Virus record (IMG/VR): IMGVR_UViG_3300009177_000032
Coordinates: 14,673-78,672 of that record
Length of the DNA stretch: 64,000 nt
Strand: one strand, 5' to 3'
Origin: a virus
Shown: piece by piece, positions 16,766-25,661 of the stretch
Layout of the letters: every line of letters begins with the position of its first letter
How positions within the stretch are numbered: position 1 is the stretch's first letter
Made by a program: the position numbers and the translations under genes
The notes under the pieces: model-generated
Told to the model about the DNA's origin: nothing
Database searches by the model: none
The model's input: the letters and a program-made list of their open reading frames with translations, nothing else

Positions 16766-17884
16766 ATGTCCGAGCTCTGGAAATTGAAAGGTCGACACCC
16801 CGTCCTGTGGACGATCCCAATCTTCGTCGATTGGATCGAAGCCCACCCCATCCGGGGCCGCTTCTTTCACGCTGTCCCTCTCTCCTCCTTCCAGGAACGC
16901 GCCTATCGCGATACCTGCCGGCAGTTCGCCGATCTCCTCCCTGACCTCCAATGGTCCGTCAAATTAATCGACCTCGAGCGCTACGCCGAAAAATGCGATC
17001 CTCAGGACCCCGCCATCCTCTTTTCCTGGGAACGCCCCCAGCTCGCTCAACAACCGCAATATGCCGACCCCGCCAGGGAGGACCGCGACGAGTTCATCGA
17101 TGCCCTTTGGCAAACCCCGGGCCACGGCTGTGTTTCACGCTTCGAGCTCGAGCGCACCTGGCGCCTGTTCTGCGAGCACATGGCCAACTGGCTCATCAAC
17201 CAAGAGAAGCCCGTCGATTGCTACTTCTTCAAGCTGCACCTCTCCCCTTACCGCGCCGGCTGGCAAGACCTCCTCCATCACAAGTTTCCGCATCTCGCCG
17301 TCAAACTACGCGAGGCTGATTACACCGAGTTCCGCCGCATCCTCCTGTCTGGCGCCTGGGAAGATCTCGCCTCCCTGGACCTCATCGCCCTGGCCGATGG
17401 CACCCTTGTCCGCCGCGTCGAGGTCGAGCTCAAGGATTCTTGGTACAAACAAGTCAAAAAAGTAGAATACCGCCGCCGCATGATCGACGGCGCCCCCAAA
17501 TATGCGCAATCCGTCGTGGGCTCAATTCAACGCTTCATCCTCACTGCCGGCCGTCTCTTGGTTCAATGGTACAAGGACTCTCATCGCCCATCTGGCGCCG
17601 ATGTTTCGGGCGGGCTACATGGCACTTACCGGATGTTGGGCAACCTACCGCGCTATCAACTGCGCCCTAAGCGACGGCTTAAAACCCCTGCTGAAATTGA
17701 TATCCCTGCCGATATCGCGCCTCCCGCGCCGGATTTTCTTGGAACGGATGAGCCATTGCCGCCGTTGCCCCTTCTTCAATCCCCACCTCAAGACCTGCGG
17801 GACACCGGGCCAACTCCTCCCGACAACCACACACCGGGCGGGTTGCTGGTGTTATCTCCCCCTCAAGAACAGAATCCCCTGTAA
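16766..17884 (+). CDS. hypothetical protein, divergent from XRE gene
   Basis: long ORF (frame open from 16724), Pro-rich C-terminus overlapping next gene. Confidence 0.7.
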   Translation: MSELWKLKGRHPVLWTIPIFVDWIEAHPIRGRFFHAVPLSSFQERAYRDTCRQFADLLPDLQWSVKLIDLERYAEKCDPQDPAILFSWERPQLAQQPQYADPAREDRDEFIDALWQTPGHGCVSRFELERTWRLFCEHMANWLINQEKPVDCYFFKLHLSPYRAGWQDLLHHKFPHLAVKLREADYTEFRRILLSGAWEDLASLDLIALADGTLVRRVEVELKDSWYKQVKKVEYRRRMIDGAPKYAQSVVGSIQRFILTAGRLLVQWYKDSHRPSGADVSGGLHGTYRMLGNLPRYQLRPKRRLKTPAEIDIPADIAPPAPDFLGTDEPLPPLPLLQSPPQDLRDTGPTPPDNHTPGGLLVLSPPQEQNPL

Positions 17885-17981
17885 CTGCTGGCTCTACAAT
17901 TTCACCGATGGAGCCCAAGGCTGGCCCGATCATCTCAACTCGACTCCCGTAATCCTCCGCCCTATCAGTATTCTTTTATGA
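17502..17981 (+). CDS. Cys-rich protein (R...CxxCP...C...GCxC...K...C), overlapping upstream gene
   Basis: ERMSHCRRCPFF...TCG...GCWCYLPLK...CNCW; stop overlaps next ATG. Confidence 0.6.
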   Translation: MRNPSWAQFNASSSLPAVSWFNGTRTLIAHLAPMFRAGYMALTGCWATYRAINCALSDGLKPLLKLISLPISRLPRRIFLERMSHCRRCPFFNPHLKTCGTPGQLLPTTTHRAGCWCYLPLKNRIPCNCWLYNFTDGAQGWPDHLNSTPVILRPISILL

Positions 17982-18490
17982 GTGAAATGCCCGTTATCGC
18001 CAAACCGCCCACGGTCCCCGTAGCGATCGAGGAGCCCACTATCACCGATGACGAAGCCTTGGCCGCGATGAAACGCCAGGGATTCGTCGAAATCTCCAAT
18101 ACCGCCCTCCGTGACCTGGCAAACCTCGGCGCCCACATGCATCAGCTCGGCACTATCCGCATCCAACGCGGTCGCGCGTTAGTCGCCCAAAAGCGGGTCG
18201 AGGATGGCATGCGCATTCTCCACGAGGAACTCGAGGCCATCTCCAAAGAGGACCGCAAAACCCGGTCCCGCCTGAAAAACATGCTCGCCGTCTCCGAAAA
18301 ACTCGGCTTTCTTGCCGGCAAACTCACCGCCGCTCAGGAGCTCATGGTCGTCATGGAGGGAGGCGCCCAACAAATCACAGCCGACGGCATCGCCGATAAC
18401 GTCGTCCAATCCTTTCGCCCTGGCCAACAAGTCAAACCCGCAAACCAGATCGTCGCTCAGGAAGTCCATATCCACCCTAACCCCCGATGA
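17978..18490 (+). CDS. helical hypothetical protein (terminase small subunit is possible but unproven)
   Basis: 170 aa helical body with a terminal beta-like QIVAQEVHIH tail; close to the non-coding region. Confidence 0.6.
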   Translation: MSEMPVIAKPPTVPVAIEEPTITDDEALAAMKRQGFVEISNTALRDLANLGAHMHQLGTIRIQRGRALVAQKRVEDGMRILHEELEAISKEDRKTRSRLKNMLAVSEKLGFLAGKLTAAQELMVVMEGGAQQITADGIADNVVQSFRPGQQVKPANQIVAQEVHIHPNPR

Positions 18491-18753
18491 CGACCTGCGA
18501 ACATCCCGACTTCTCCGTCGAGGCCCGCGTTGCACGCATCGTCGAAACCGAGGACGGCCCCGTCATTGCCTTCCGCCTCGAGCTCTCCGTCCGCTGCCTC
18601 CATTGCCAACAACTCTTTGCCTTCCCTGGTCTGCCTGGCGGACTCACCCCCGATTGCCCTACCGTCTCCGCCGATTGCTGCGAGCTCCGCGCCCCACTCG
18701 TCCCCTTCACACCCTTCCTCGAATTCCCACGCCCTGCCACAACCCCCCACTAA
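18487..18753 (+). CDS. hypothetical protein (CxH...CxxC)
   Basis: 88 aa, ATGA overlap with upstream gene. Confidence 0.65.
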   Translation: MTTCEHPDFSVEARVARIVETEDGPVIAFRLELSVRCLHCQQLFAFPGLPGGLTPDCPTVSADCCELRAPLVPFTPFLEFPRPATTPH

Positions 18754-18756
18754 CCC

Positions 18757-19008
18757 ATGCCCATCACCAAATCCCAATCTCTCCGCGCCCTCAACGAAGT
18801 CGTCGCCGAATGCAGAGCCCGCGACGTCAAAGAAAGCATGGTCCTTAACCGCGGCTGGTTCAGTTTCCTCGACAACAACCCCCATCTCCTCCGCCAGCCC
18901 AAACACCGCCACTCCTGCCTCACCGCCTTCGTCCAAGGCTGGATCAACGGCTCCCTCTCAACACTCATCGACCAAGAACTCACCCGCCAGGAAACCGCCC
19001 GCAACTAA
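18757..19008 (+). CDS. hypothetical protein
   Basis: 83 aa, last gene before non-coding region. Confidence 0.6.
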   Translation: MPITKSQSLRALNEVVAECRARDVKESMVLNRGWFSFLDNNPHLLRQPKHRHSCLTAFVQGWINGSLSTLIDQELTRQETARN

Positions 19009-19219
19009 AACTTCTCCCCTCCCCCACCTTTCTTCGCCTCCTTCAGCGCCACGCCCACCACCACAAAACAAATCCCAACTATCGCTATCGCAAGTGTCAT
19101 CATAATCCCCGACCCTAGCCATTCCCTCCCCACCCCCAAATAAGGGATTCACCCCATCAACTTGCGAAATTTCGCATTTTCGAAATCACCCCCTTCAGAC
19201 TCCAATCAGATTCCAATCA

Positions 19220-19235
19220 GATTCCACGTGGAACA
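19220..19235. promoter_or_regulatory. parS-like site
   Basis: GATTCCACGTGGAACA, 14/16 match to TGTTCCACGTGGAACA. Confidence 0.5.
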
Positions 19236-20225
19236 TCCCCGCTCCCTTCCTGACCCCTCAGGAAACCAACCCAGGAAACCAACACCCCACAACCCCCCCC
19301 CGAAAACGGGTTACCCCAAAAACGGGGGAGGTCACCCTCACCTCACCCAAAAACGGGGGAGGTCTATTTCACCCCCAAAATCACCCCCAAAAATGCTTGC
19401 TCCAACTCCCCCAAAAATCATCCATTTTCCCCAGTAAATCGCGGCTCCCAACACCAGCCCGGCTCCTGCAGATCCCGCCCCAAATTTCACCCCCAAAAAT
19501 GCTCCCACCTCACCCGTTTTGGGGTGAGGTCAAAACCCACTTTTTACCCCTTCCCCCCGTACCCCCCTAACCCCCGATACCGTTATTTTGAGTCCCTTCG
19601 CACCAAATTTGGGTCCTCCAACCTCCCAAAAAAACCCTCCAAAAAATACTCAGAGTCCTGCAGAAGGGTATCCCCGGTTTTGGGTCGCGACGGGGGGCCG
19701 CCCCGCTCTCCACCCGAGGGGGCTTCGCCGGCTGGCCAGGTTTCGGCCGGCAAAGTCGCCAGGTTTCGGTCCAGGCTCAACCTCTGGTTGCGACTCAGAT
19801 CCGGTTTCAGGGTCGAAAATCGATCCGAGGACAATCGGACGAAGTATCAAACTTGAGCAAATGTGTCCCGTTTCAGGACGGAAACACCCAAAATGCGCGA
19901 TCTTGCCTCAGCGCGCGAACCGCATTGACGGCTCTTGCGTGAAAGTTTGTTTGGTCGGGACGTGGAGAGATTTGGGCGAACGAGCAAGGGAAGTGGACAG
20001 GGAAATACCACCAATAATTTGGGCATCGGGCGCGCTTTTCGCCTTGGTGGGCGTTGCCAATCGGTCAGCGGTTTGGACTGGCGCGCCTGACGGGCTGTGC
20101 TTGCGCTGGTGGCAAAGCGGAGTGCCCTGACAGGTCAAGGCCGGTGAGCCTTGTAATCGAGCGGTTCAATATTTAACGACCCGTTGCAGCCCGTGTGAGA
20201 ATCTCCGACACGCTGTCAACCCATG

Positions 20226-20417
20226 GTCGCGGCTTGTGCCTCGGGAACACGAGCCGGTTTATGTAATCCGAGAGCCAAGCAGTTTCCAGGCTGTTGGCCT
20301 ATGGGACGGACGGGAAAGGAAATGCCCCTGGTGTTGCTGCACGAGGGGCGGTGATGAATTGGATGGAACCAACTTCCGGCTTTACGCCAGATTCTGAAGC
20401 TCAGTTCCACCCGCGAC
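20226..20417 (+). ncRNA. candidate structured RNA (three hairpins)
   Basis: stems 20230-20256, 20274-20298, 20324-20349; G-U pairs favour plus strand. Confidence 0.3.
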
Positions 20418-20482
20418 AGCAATCGCATATATGAGAAAGGCATTACCGCATAACTACGGAGAGGTCAAGCGCCACATTTCTA

Positions 20483-20511
20483 TTGCCCTTATCCGGGTAA
20501 GGGTGTAAGGT
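20483..20511 (+). promoter_or_regulatory. early promoter with overlapping inverted-repeat operator
   Basis: TTGCCC-17-TAAGGT; near-palindrome CCCTTATCCGGGTAAGGG at 20486-20503. Confidence 0.55.
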
Positions 20512-20520
20512 CGGCACAGC

Positions 20521-20637
20521 ATGAGTTACGAGCGCATTCGAGAGATGGAAGAAAACCCCCGTATTTTCTGGAGTATTCTCGCTTTTGACGTGGTCGTTTT
20601 CGTGCTGCTGGCGAGCCGATTGGGCACGCTGGTTTAA
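20521..20637 (+). CDS. 38-aa single-TM peptide
   Basis: MSYERIREMEENPRIFWSILAFDVVVFVLLASRLGTLV*, directly after the promoter; below ORF-track cutoff. Confidence 0.5.
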   Translation: MSYERIREMEENPRIFWSILAFDVVVFVLLASRLGTLV

Positions 20638-20659
20638 CCCTGTAAAAAAAGTGAGAAAA

Positions 20660-20917
20660 ATGAGCACACCGACAAGAGCAGAGGCGAGAGACGCGGCATT
20701 CAAGGCCGACATGAGGAAAGGGATTGCGGAGACGATCCTGAAGTTGAAACGCGGCGGGACGGTGGCAATGGGGGCGGATAACCTGTTTGCGGTGTCTGTG
20801 GGCAAATGGTCGAGGAGTCAGCATGCACCGAGTGGCGTGAACTGCGGATGGGTGGCAAGGCAGGTGTTCAACGAGGTCATTCGCGAACCGGGTTTCATGC
20901 GGTTCATCATCCAGTAA
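20660..20917 (+). CDS. hypothetical early protein
   Basis: ATG after A-rich leader. Confidence 0.6.
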   Translation: MSTPTRAEARDAAFKADMRKGIAETILKLKRGGTVAMGADNLFAVSVGKWSRSQHAPSGVNCGWVARQVFNEVIREPGFMRFIIQ

Positions 20918-21077
20918 AAGGGGGCGATTATGGGAGTCAAGAGGGTTAGCAAATACTGCAAAACGCTTCGGTCTGCGGTTGCTTATCGGAGCATCATCTA
21001 CCGGGTTTATCATTCAGTGAAGCTGGTCAGTTTCCCGAGGTTTAGCGAGGCGGGGACCTACGTTTGGGAGGTAAGCA

Positions 21078-21398
21078 ATGACAACAAGTAAGGTGAAGCG
21101 GGTGACGGCTGGCGCGCTCGATGGGTCTTTCGGTCCGGATTCAGATAGGCGGATAGTGCTCACATTCATTCCAGGGGATGGGAAGCCGAACGGGATTAAG
21201 GATGTGTTGCAGTTGCGTCCATTGCGGACACGGAGGGCGGAGACGATAGCGGTGATAGACGTGTATCGGTTCGCTCTGCGGAGTCGGGTTAATCAGGAGG
21301 TTTTAGCCAAGGCGAGGGAGAAGAAAGAGCGTAAGCAGATTCGGCTTGCACGGGCGAGACAAGAGCGGGCGGAGAAACGGCTGTTTAGTAACAAGTGA
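21078..21398 (+). CDS. basic hypothetical early protein
   Basis: 106 aa, GGAGG SD upstream. Confidence 0.7.
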   Translation: MTTSKVKRVTAGALDGSFGPDSDRRIVLTFIPGDGKPNGIKDVLQLRPLRTRRAETIAVIDVYRFALRSRVNQEVLAKAREKKERKQIRLARARQERAEKRLFSNK

Positions 21399-22405
21399 AA
21401 GGACTAATGAAAATGAGCAAAATCAAGAAGTTAGATATCGAGTACGCAGACGGGGTGAGGCAAGTGGCGCATGTGTCACCGGGAGTAATCCATTGTGAGA
21501 TGTTCCGCAGTGGGGCGGTGATAAATGCGGGTGAGATGAGCCCGGAAGATTTCCGGGGGGAGTTGGGGATGGACCTGATCGCGAGTTGCCAGAAGCCGAC
21601 GCGGGACGAGGTTTTAGCGGCATTCGGTGAGGCGTTAGAGATGGCCAAGGCTGAGCCCACCGAAGAAACCGATGAGATGATTGACGCGGAAAACCGGGCG
21701 ATGCGGTTAGCTGAGGCGTTTGGCTGGAACTACGCGGCCGACGAAAAGCTGGCGGAGTATTGCCTCAAAGCTACCAACACCGAGCGGTTAGAGGCTGACA
21801 GGGATGCGTTCAAAAAATGGTCTGAGCCAAAGCCGGACCTGAGCGTTGTGTCAGGGTCGGGGATTATGATGATGAGTCCCGAGAACACGATGATCAAGGT
21901 TGTGGCGGGGTTGAACCGGCGCGGGGTGATGGCGTTTTACGAGTACCCGGGTTATGTGGACGTGCCATTGGACAAGCAAGGGGTTGACGATAGTCGCTGG
22001 TCATTGGCGTTTGGTGATGGGGGGGCAACATGGGGCGGGAGCATTGTGGAGAGCGAGACGGGCGTGCAAGAGGCGGACGAGTATTGCCTGGAGACGGGTC
22101 TGAGCGTTGTGGAGGTCAAAGACGAGCCTCAGATTGTGGAGGCGATCATGGCGTGGCTGACGAAGATTGAAGGGATGGGAGTTTACACGCGGCGTGCGTG
22201 CCAATGGTTTGTTATCAGCCCGGATAACCTGCCATTCAATCAGGAGGGATTTAAGAGCGAGGAGGAAGCGGGGGGAGCGCTCTTTGAGTTCTGCGAGCGC
22301 TACCGACAGCAAGGCTATTACAAGACGGATGCGGGCGAGCGGATCCCGTTCATGTTGATTGCATCGCGTTGTGCTATTCGGACTGGCGTGGAGGGCGTTA
22401 TATGA
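21395..22405 (+). CDS. acidic multi-module hypothetical protein
   Basis: 336-aa ORF, operonic. Confidence 0.7.
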   Translation: MKGLMKMSKIKKLDIEYADGVRQVAHVSPGVIHCEMFRSGAVINAGEMSPEDFRGELGMDLIASCQKPTRDEVLAAFGEALEMAKAEPTEETDEMIDAENRAMRLAEAFGWNYAADEKLAEYCLKATNTERLEADRDAFKKWSEPKPDLSVVSGSGIMMMSPENTMIKVVAGLNRRGVMAFYEYPGYVDVPLDKQGVDDSRWSLAFGDGGATWGGSIVESETGVQEADEYCLETGLSVVEVKDEPQIVEAIMAWLTKIEGMGVYTRRACQWFVISPDNLPFNQEGFKSEEEAGGALFEFCERYRQQGYYKTDAGERIPFMLIASRCAIRTGVEGVI

Positions 22406-22638
22406 GCCGGTTTGAGGTCAAAGTGAAGTTCGACACGGTTTGCGAAGCGGCTGCTTTCGTGAAGCTGGTCGAGAATGCGAGGGTGTTGCACGACGTGTTG
22501 TCCCGCGGGATAACGATAATTGAGCATGCCGATGGGGAGGTCCTCGACGCGAGTGAGCATAAGGAATGGATTGGTGAAGCAAAGGAATTCACCGAGGGAA
22601 CCGCTTGGATGTTTGAAATTTGGAGGGACAAGCGATGA
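22402..22638 (+). CDS. hypothetical protein
   Basis: ATGA-coupled. Confidence 0.6.
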   Translation: MSRFEVKVKFDTVCEAAAFVKLVENARVLHDVLSRGITIIEHADGEVLDASEHKEWIGEAKEFTEGTAWMFEIWRDKR

Positions 22639-22844
22639 GCCGGATTGATCGGATTGCCAGGAACATTAGCAAGCTAAACCTCAGGGTGAAGCCAGCCAAG
22701 ACTTACAAGCCTAACCCGCATTTACCCGAGACGTGGGAGGAAGCGAGCGATGGGCAACTGAGGGATATCGCTGAGCATGGCAGCTATATGCAACGGCGGA
22801 TTGCTGAGGACACGTTAGCCAAGCGGGCAAAACTCCGGAAGTGA
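22635..22844 (+). CDS. hypothetical protein
   Basis: ATGA-coupled. Confidence 0.6.
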   Translation: MSRIDRIARNISKLNLRVKPAKTYKPNPHLPETWEEASDGQLRDIAEHGSYMQRRIAEDTLAKRAKLRK

Positions 22845-22909
22845 ATTGCGTTCGCCCCTGGTCCGGAAAAGGGAAAGGGGCAACCGCAGTTCAACCAAAA
22901 ACAAATCAA

Positions 22910-23680
22910 ATGAGCACTATCAAAACGGAGCATCCCGAGTACGGGACGCATTATTGGAGTTACAATCCCGACGACCAGAAGGGCATGGAAGGGGAGTTTA
23001 TCAAGGTATTCCCGATCAGTGGCGGGTTTGCCAAGCGCATCCCCAAAGCGCATGTGAAGGAGTGGGACACGCAGATCCCGAGGGTGTATGAGCGGAGGTT
23101 TGTGGGGTTTGCAGATTGGCCGGAGTATCGGGCGATTGCGTGTTACGTGAACCCGTTCGACAACTGGAACGGATGGGCCAAGCCTCTGGTTGATGAGAAG
23201 GGGAGGAATTTTTTCCTCGCGGAGCAACGGCGGCTTTCGGCTGACAATGAGTCGGTTGCCACGGGGAAGGTGTTCAATGACGCGATTATCTGGCACGACC
23301 CGAATTGCAGTGATGAGCCGGACTTAACGATTATACCGGAGTGGATCACCGTGGACGGCATAGACGTCAAGGTGTGGGATATCAGTCTTGGCTTTTGTTG
23401 GGACGTGCAATCGCCGCGGCGTTTCATCTTCCTCTTACCGTGCAACCGTGAGCAGATCCCGGATTTGCCGGAGCCGAGTGGAGGTCAGCTTGTGCTGTGG
23501 GACCGCCAGGAGAAGCGGGAGGTTTTTGTGCTGTTCGAAAACTACGCGAATGCGATTTGTCTCGAACAAGGGAAGGATAGCCCTTTCACGCAACTAGAGA
23601 CTTGGTTCAACAATTTGAGCAATGAGGCGCTAGTGTCCGAGGGGATGACAGCCACAAAGGAGGAGTTTCACCATGCCTAA
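22910..23680 (+). CDS. hypothetical early protein
   Basis: ATG after leader motif; WNGWAKP...W.I..G.CW motif. Confidence 0.7.
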   Translation: MSTIKTEHPEYGTHYWSYNPDDQKGMEGEFIKVFPISGGFAKRIPKAHVKEWDTQIPRVYERRFVGFADWPEYRAIACYVNPFDNWNGWAKPLVDEKGRNFFLAEQRRLSADNESVATGKVFNDAIIWHDPNCSDEPDLTIIPEWITVDGIDVKVWDISLGFCWDVQSPRRFIFLLPCNREQIPDLPEPSGGQLVLWDRQEKREVFVLFENYANAICLEQGKDSPFTQLETWFNNLSNEALVSEGMTATKEEFHHA

Positions 23681-24059
23681 GAAATTCAGAGATATGCCCG
23701 ATTGGGCTAAAAATCGTAAGGCGAGAGAGAACGTGTACCGGGATGAACGGGGCGAGGAGTGGGACAGGATAGAGTCTAATGCCCGTTCTGAGGTTACCAG
23801 CGTACCTCCCGAGGAGGAGTTTAGGGACCCGAACACTCCAACCAATGAGCAGCGGAGCGGATGGGCGAATGAAGCGTTGCGCGCCTTCGGTCAGGCTGTG
23901 GGCGTGGACACTTGCGAGACGAATGTGAATGACCTGATTAACGATCTGGCCCATTGGTGCGATCGGCACGGGGTTGATCTGTGGGAGTGTTGGCAGGGTG
24001 CAGCCGCGAGCTACCACGAGGAGACGAACGGGAAGGGGGTGCAGTTCCATGCAAAGTAG
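23673..24059 (+). CDS. hypothetical protein
   Basis: 128 aa; N..R...A..AL..F...DL..DL.HWCD motif. Confidence 0.7.
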   Translation: MPKKFRDMPDWAKNRKARENVYRDERGEEWDRIESNARSEVTSVPPEEEFRDPNTPTNEQRSGWANEALRAFGQAVGVDTCETNVNDLINDLAHWCDRHGVDLWECWQGAAASYHEETNGKGVQFHAK

Positions 24060-24486
24060 AGATTTGCGGACGTGTGAGGCATGCGGGCTAGACGTAGGTC
24101 CGCAGCATTTCAAGGCTTACGCGCTCAACGTGGCCGATCCAGCCGTGCAGCCGGAGCACATGGGCGAGGCTAGTCCGGACGTGTGGGTTTGTGACGATTG
24201 CATGGAGGAGTTCGAGCAAGAGCATAATCAGATCGTGTGCGACGTGTTGAGCCTGGAGGAATACCAGCAGCTTCGAGAGTGGGTAAAGGATCAGGCGCAA
24301 CAGCCTAATACGAGCCTGGACTTGTCCACGCAGATTGAGTTGCTGCGCGAACAGCTCGGCGGGTTGCTAGAGCAGCTCGAAGGGATACATGACAAGACCA
24401 GCTCCGCTGAGGGCTATTGGGTTGCTGGCAACGTGAACCTTGAGGGGGCACGTACGGCCATGAACCGGACGGGGGGTGCGCTATGA
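24049..24486 (+). CDS. hypothetical protein (CxxC...CxxC)
   Basis: ATG 24049. Confidence 0.6.
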   Translation: MQSRDLRTCEACGLDVGPQHFKAYALNVADPAVQPEHMGEASPDVWVCDDCMEEFEQEHNQIVCDVLSLEEYQQLREWVKDQAQQPNTSLDLSTQIELLREQLGGLLEQLEGIHDKTSSAEGYWVAGNVNLEGARTAMNRTGGAL

Positions 24487-24758
24487 GCACACTAATCGAG
24501 AAGCTACACGCACAGCAGGAAGCCGACGAGCAGGCGTCAATCCGCAACGAGGCAGTCTACGGGGATCTGATTAGCGGGCTGGCTGAGGCGGAGCGCAAAG
24601 CCTGGGACGCACTCGCGCGCTACAAGTTCCAAATGTTCGGCTATTGGGCTGCGATATGGGTGCACCTTAACCGGATAGGAGGATTCAAGCGGCCAAACCC
24701 GTTCAAGCCGGTCGTGATGCAAGCGAGGATCTGCAACGTGCCAAACGAAAAGTCTTAG
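24483..24758 (+). CDS. conserved phage hypothetical protein
   Basis: AERKAWDALARYKFQMFGYWAAIWVHLN....PNPF. Confidence 0.7.
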   Translation: MSTLIEKLHAQQEADEQASIRNEAVYGDLISGLAEAERKAWDALARYKFQMFGYWAAIWVHLNRIGGFKRPNPFKPVVMQARICNVPNEKS

Positions 24759-24853
24759 TACCGTTGCGGCCCTCCTGGCGATGGGTTTGCTCATTTCCGC
24801 CCGGAGCTGGGGGAGCCGCACCGGCACAAAGCCGAAGTTCAACCAAAACCATT

Positions 24854-25576
24854 ATGAAACAAACGACAGAGAGACACAGTGAGCTCAAGGAGTGGCAAGC
24901 GGCCATCCCGCAGATCCCCTGGTATTACAACCCGTCGAAAGCGACGATTTGCAGCAAGGATGAGGGGACAACAATCGCCAGCGTAGGCGGGGATCTAAAG
25001 CTGCAAGAGATAACCGCGGCCGGGGAATATCTGGCGCATTGCGCAAACACATTGCCCGTTCTCATCGAGGCTGCGGACCGCCTGGTCAAGGAAATCGAGG
25101 TAATGCCGTCCTGGCAAAGGGATGAGGTCAGCTTCAACTCGTGGAATGATTTGCATGACGCGATTAAGGAGGCAAGGGCGGAACACCTTGCCGGCCGTTT
25201 TCCCGAGCACGTTGTAGAGCAAATGGAGCAGGAGCTCACCCGCTTGCGGGAGGAAAATAAGAAGCTGACAGCCATGGCCACAAACCAGATTGAGGACAAC
25301 GAGAAGATCAAGGCTGCGCTTGCTAAAGAAACGGGCATCGCTGACACCCTGGCAAGCGCGAATGCGCAGCTTACCGGGCAGCTTGAGCAGCTCAAAAAGC
25401 AGTTGGCCGCTGAGGCGGGGCTCCCAACGATGATCACCGACCCACGGGGCTCAGAATACGGTGAGATGTCCGTGAAACGCGAGGGGAAGCGGATCCATGT
25501 AGAGCACACCAGGGAGGGGTACACCCTGCATTTCGATGATGAAATCTCATTTACCCGGTGGGCGCGCAGCTTGTGA
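24854..25576 (+). CDS. hypothetical protein with coiled coil
   Basis: ATG after leader motif. Confidence 0.7.
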   Translation: MKQTTERHSELKEWQAAIPQIPWYYNPSKATICSKDEGTTIASVGGDLKLQEITAAGEYLAHCANTLPVLIEAADRLVKEIEVMPSWQRDEVSFNSWNDLHDAIKEARAEHLAGRFPEHVVEQMEQELTRLREENKKLTAMATNQIEDNEKIKAALAKETGIADTLASANAQLTGQLEQLKKQLAAEAGLPTMITDPRGSEYGEMSVKREGKRIHVEHTREGYTLHFDDEISFTRWARSL

Positions 25577-25661
25577 TTCCGGTTAGCCCTTTACGCGGAG
25601 GGCTAAGCGGACGGCTGAAGCCGATCCAAAGTCAGTTCAACCAAAACAAAAGAAACAAAAT

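Larger units (their letters stand above)
19009..20480. other. 1.5-kb non-coding control region (candidate origin and/or genome terminus)
   Basis: no credible ORF; strand C/G skew flips; CCCCAAAAA-type repeats; 19-nt direct repeat (19315-19333, 19346-19364); palindromes. Confidence 0.65.
22847..25647 (+). repeat. three copies of a leader element: long hairpin plus AGTTCAACCAAAA
   Basis: motif at 22888, 24836, 25634, each after an imperfect GC stem and before an ATG. Confidence 0.75.

Noticed and set aside
16700-16951. N-terminal extension of the 209-aa XRE ORF
   Set aside because: Overlaps the divergent gene and promoter; ATG 16699 sits behind a good promoter.
19162-20443. ORF-track entries in the control region
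   Set aside because: Low-complexity Pro/Lys or Gly/Arg translations of skewed repeats with no family motifs.
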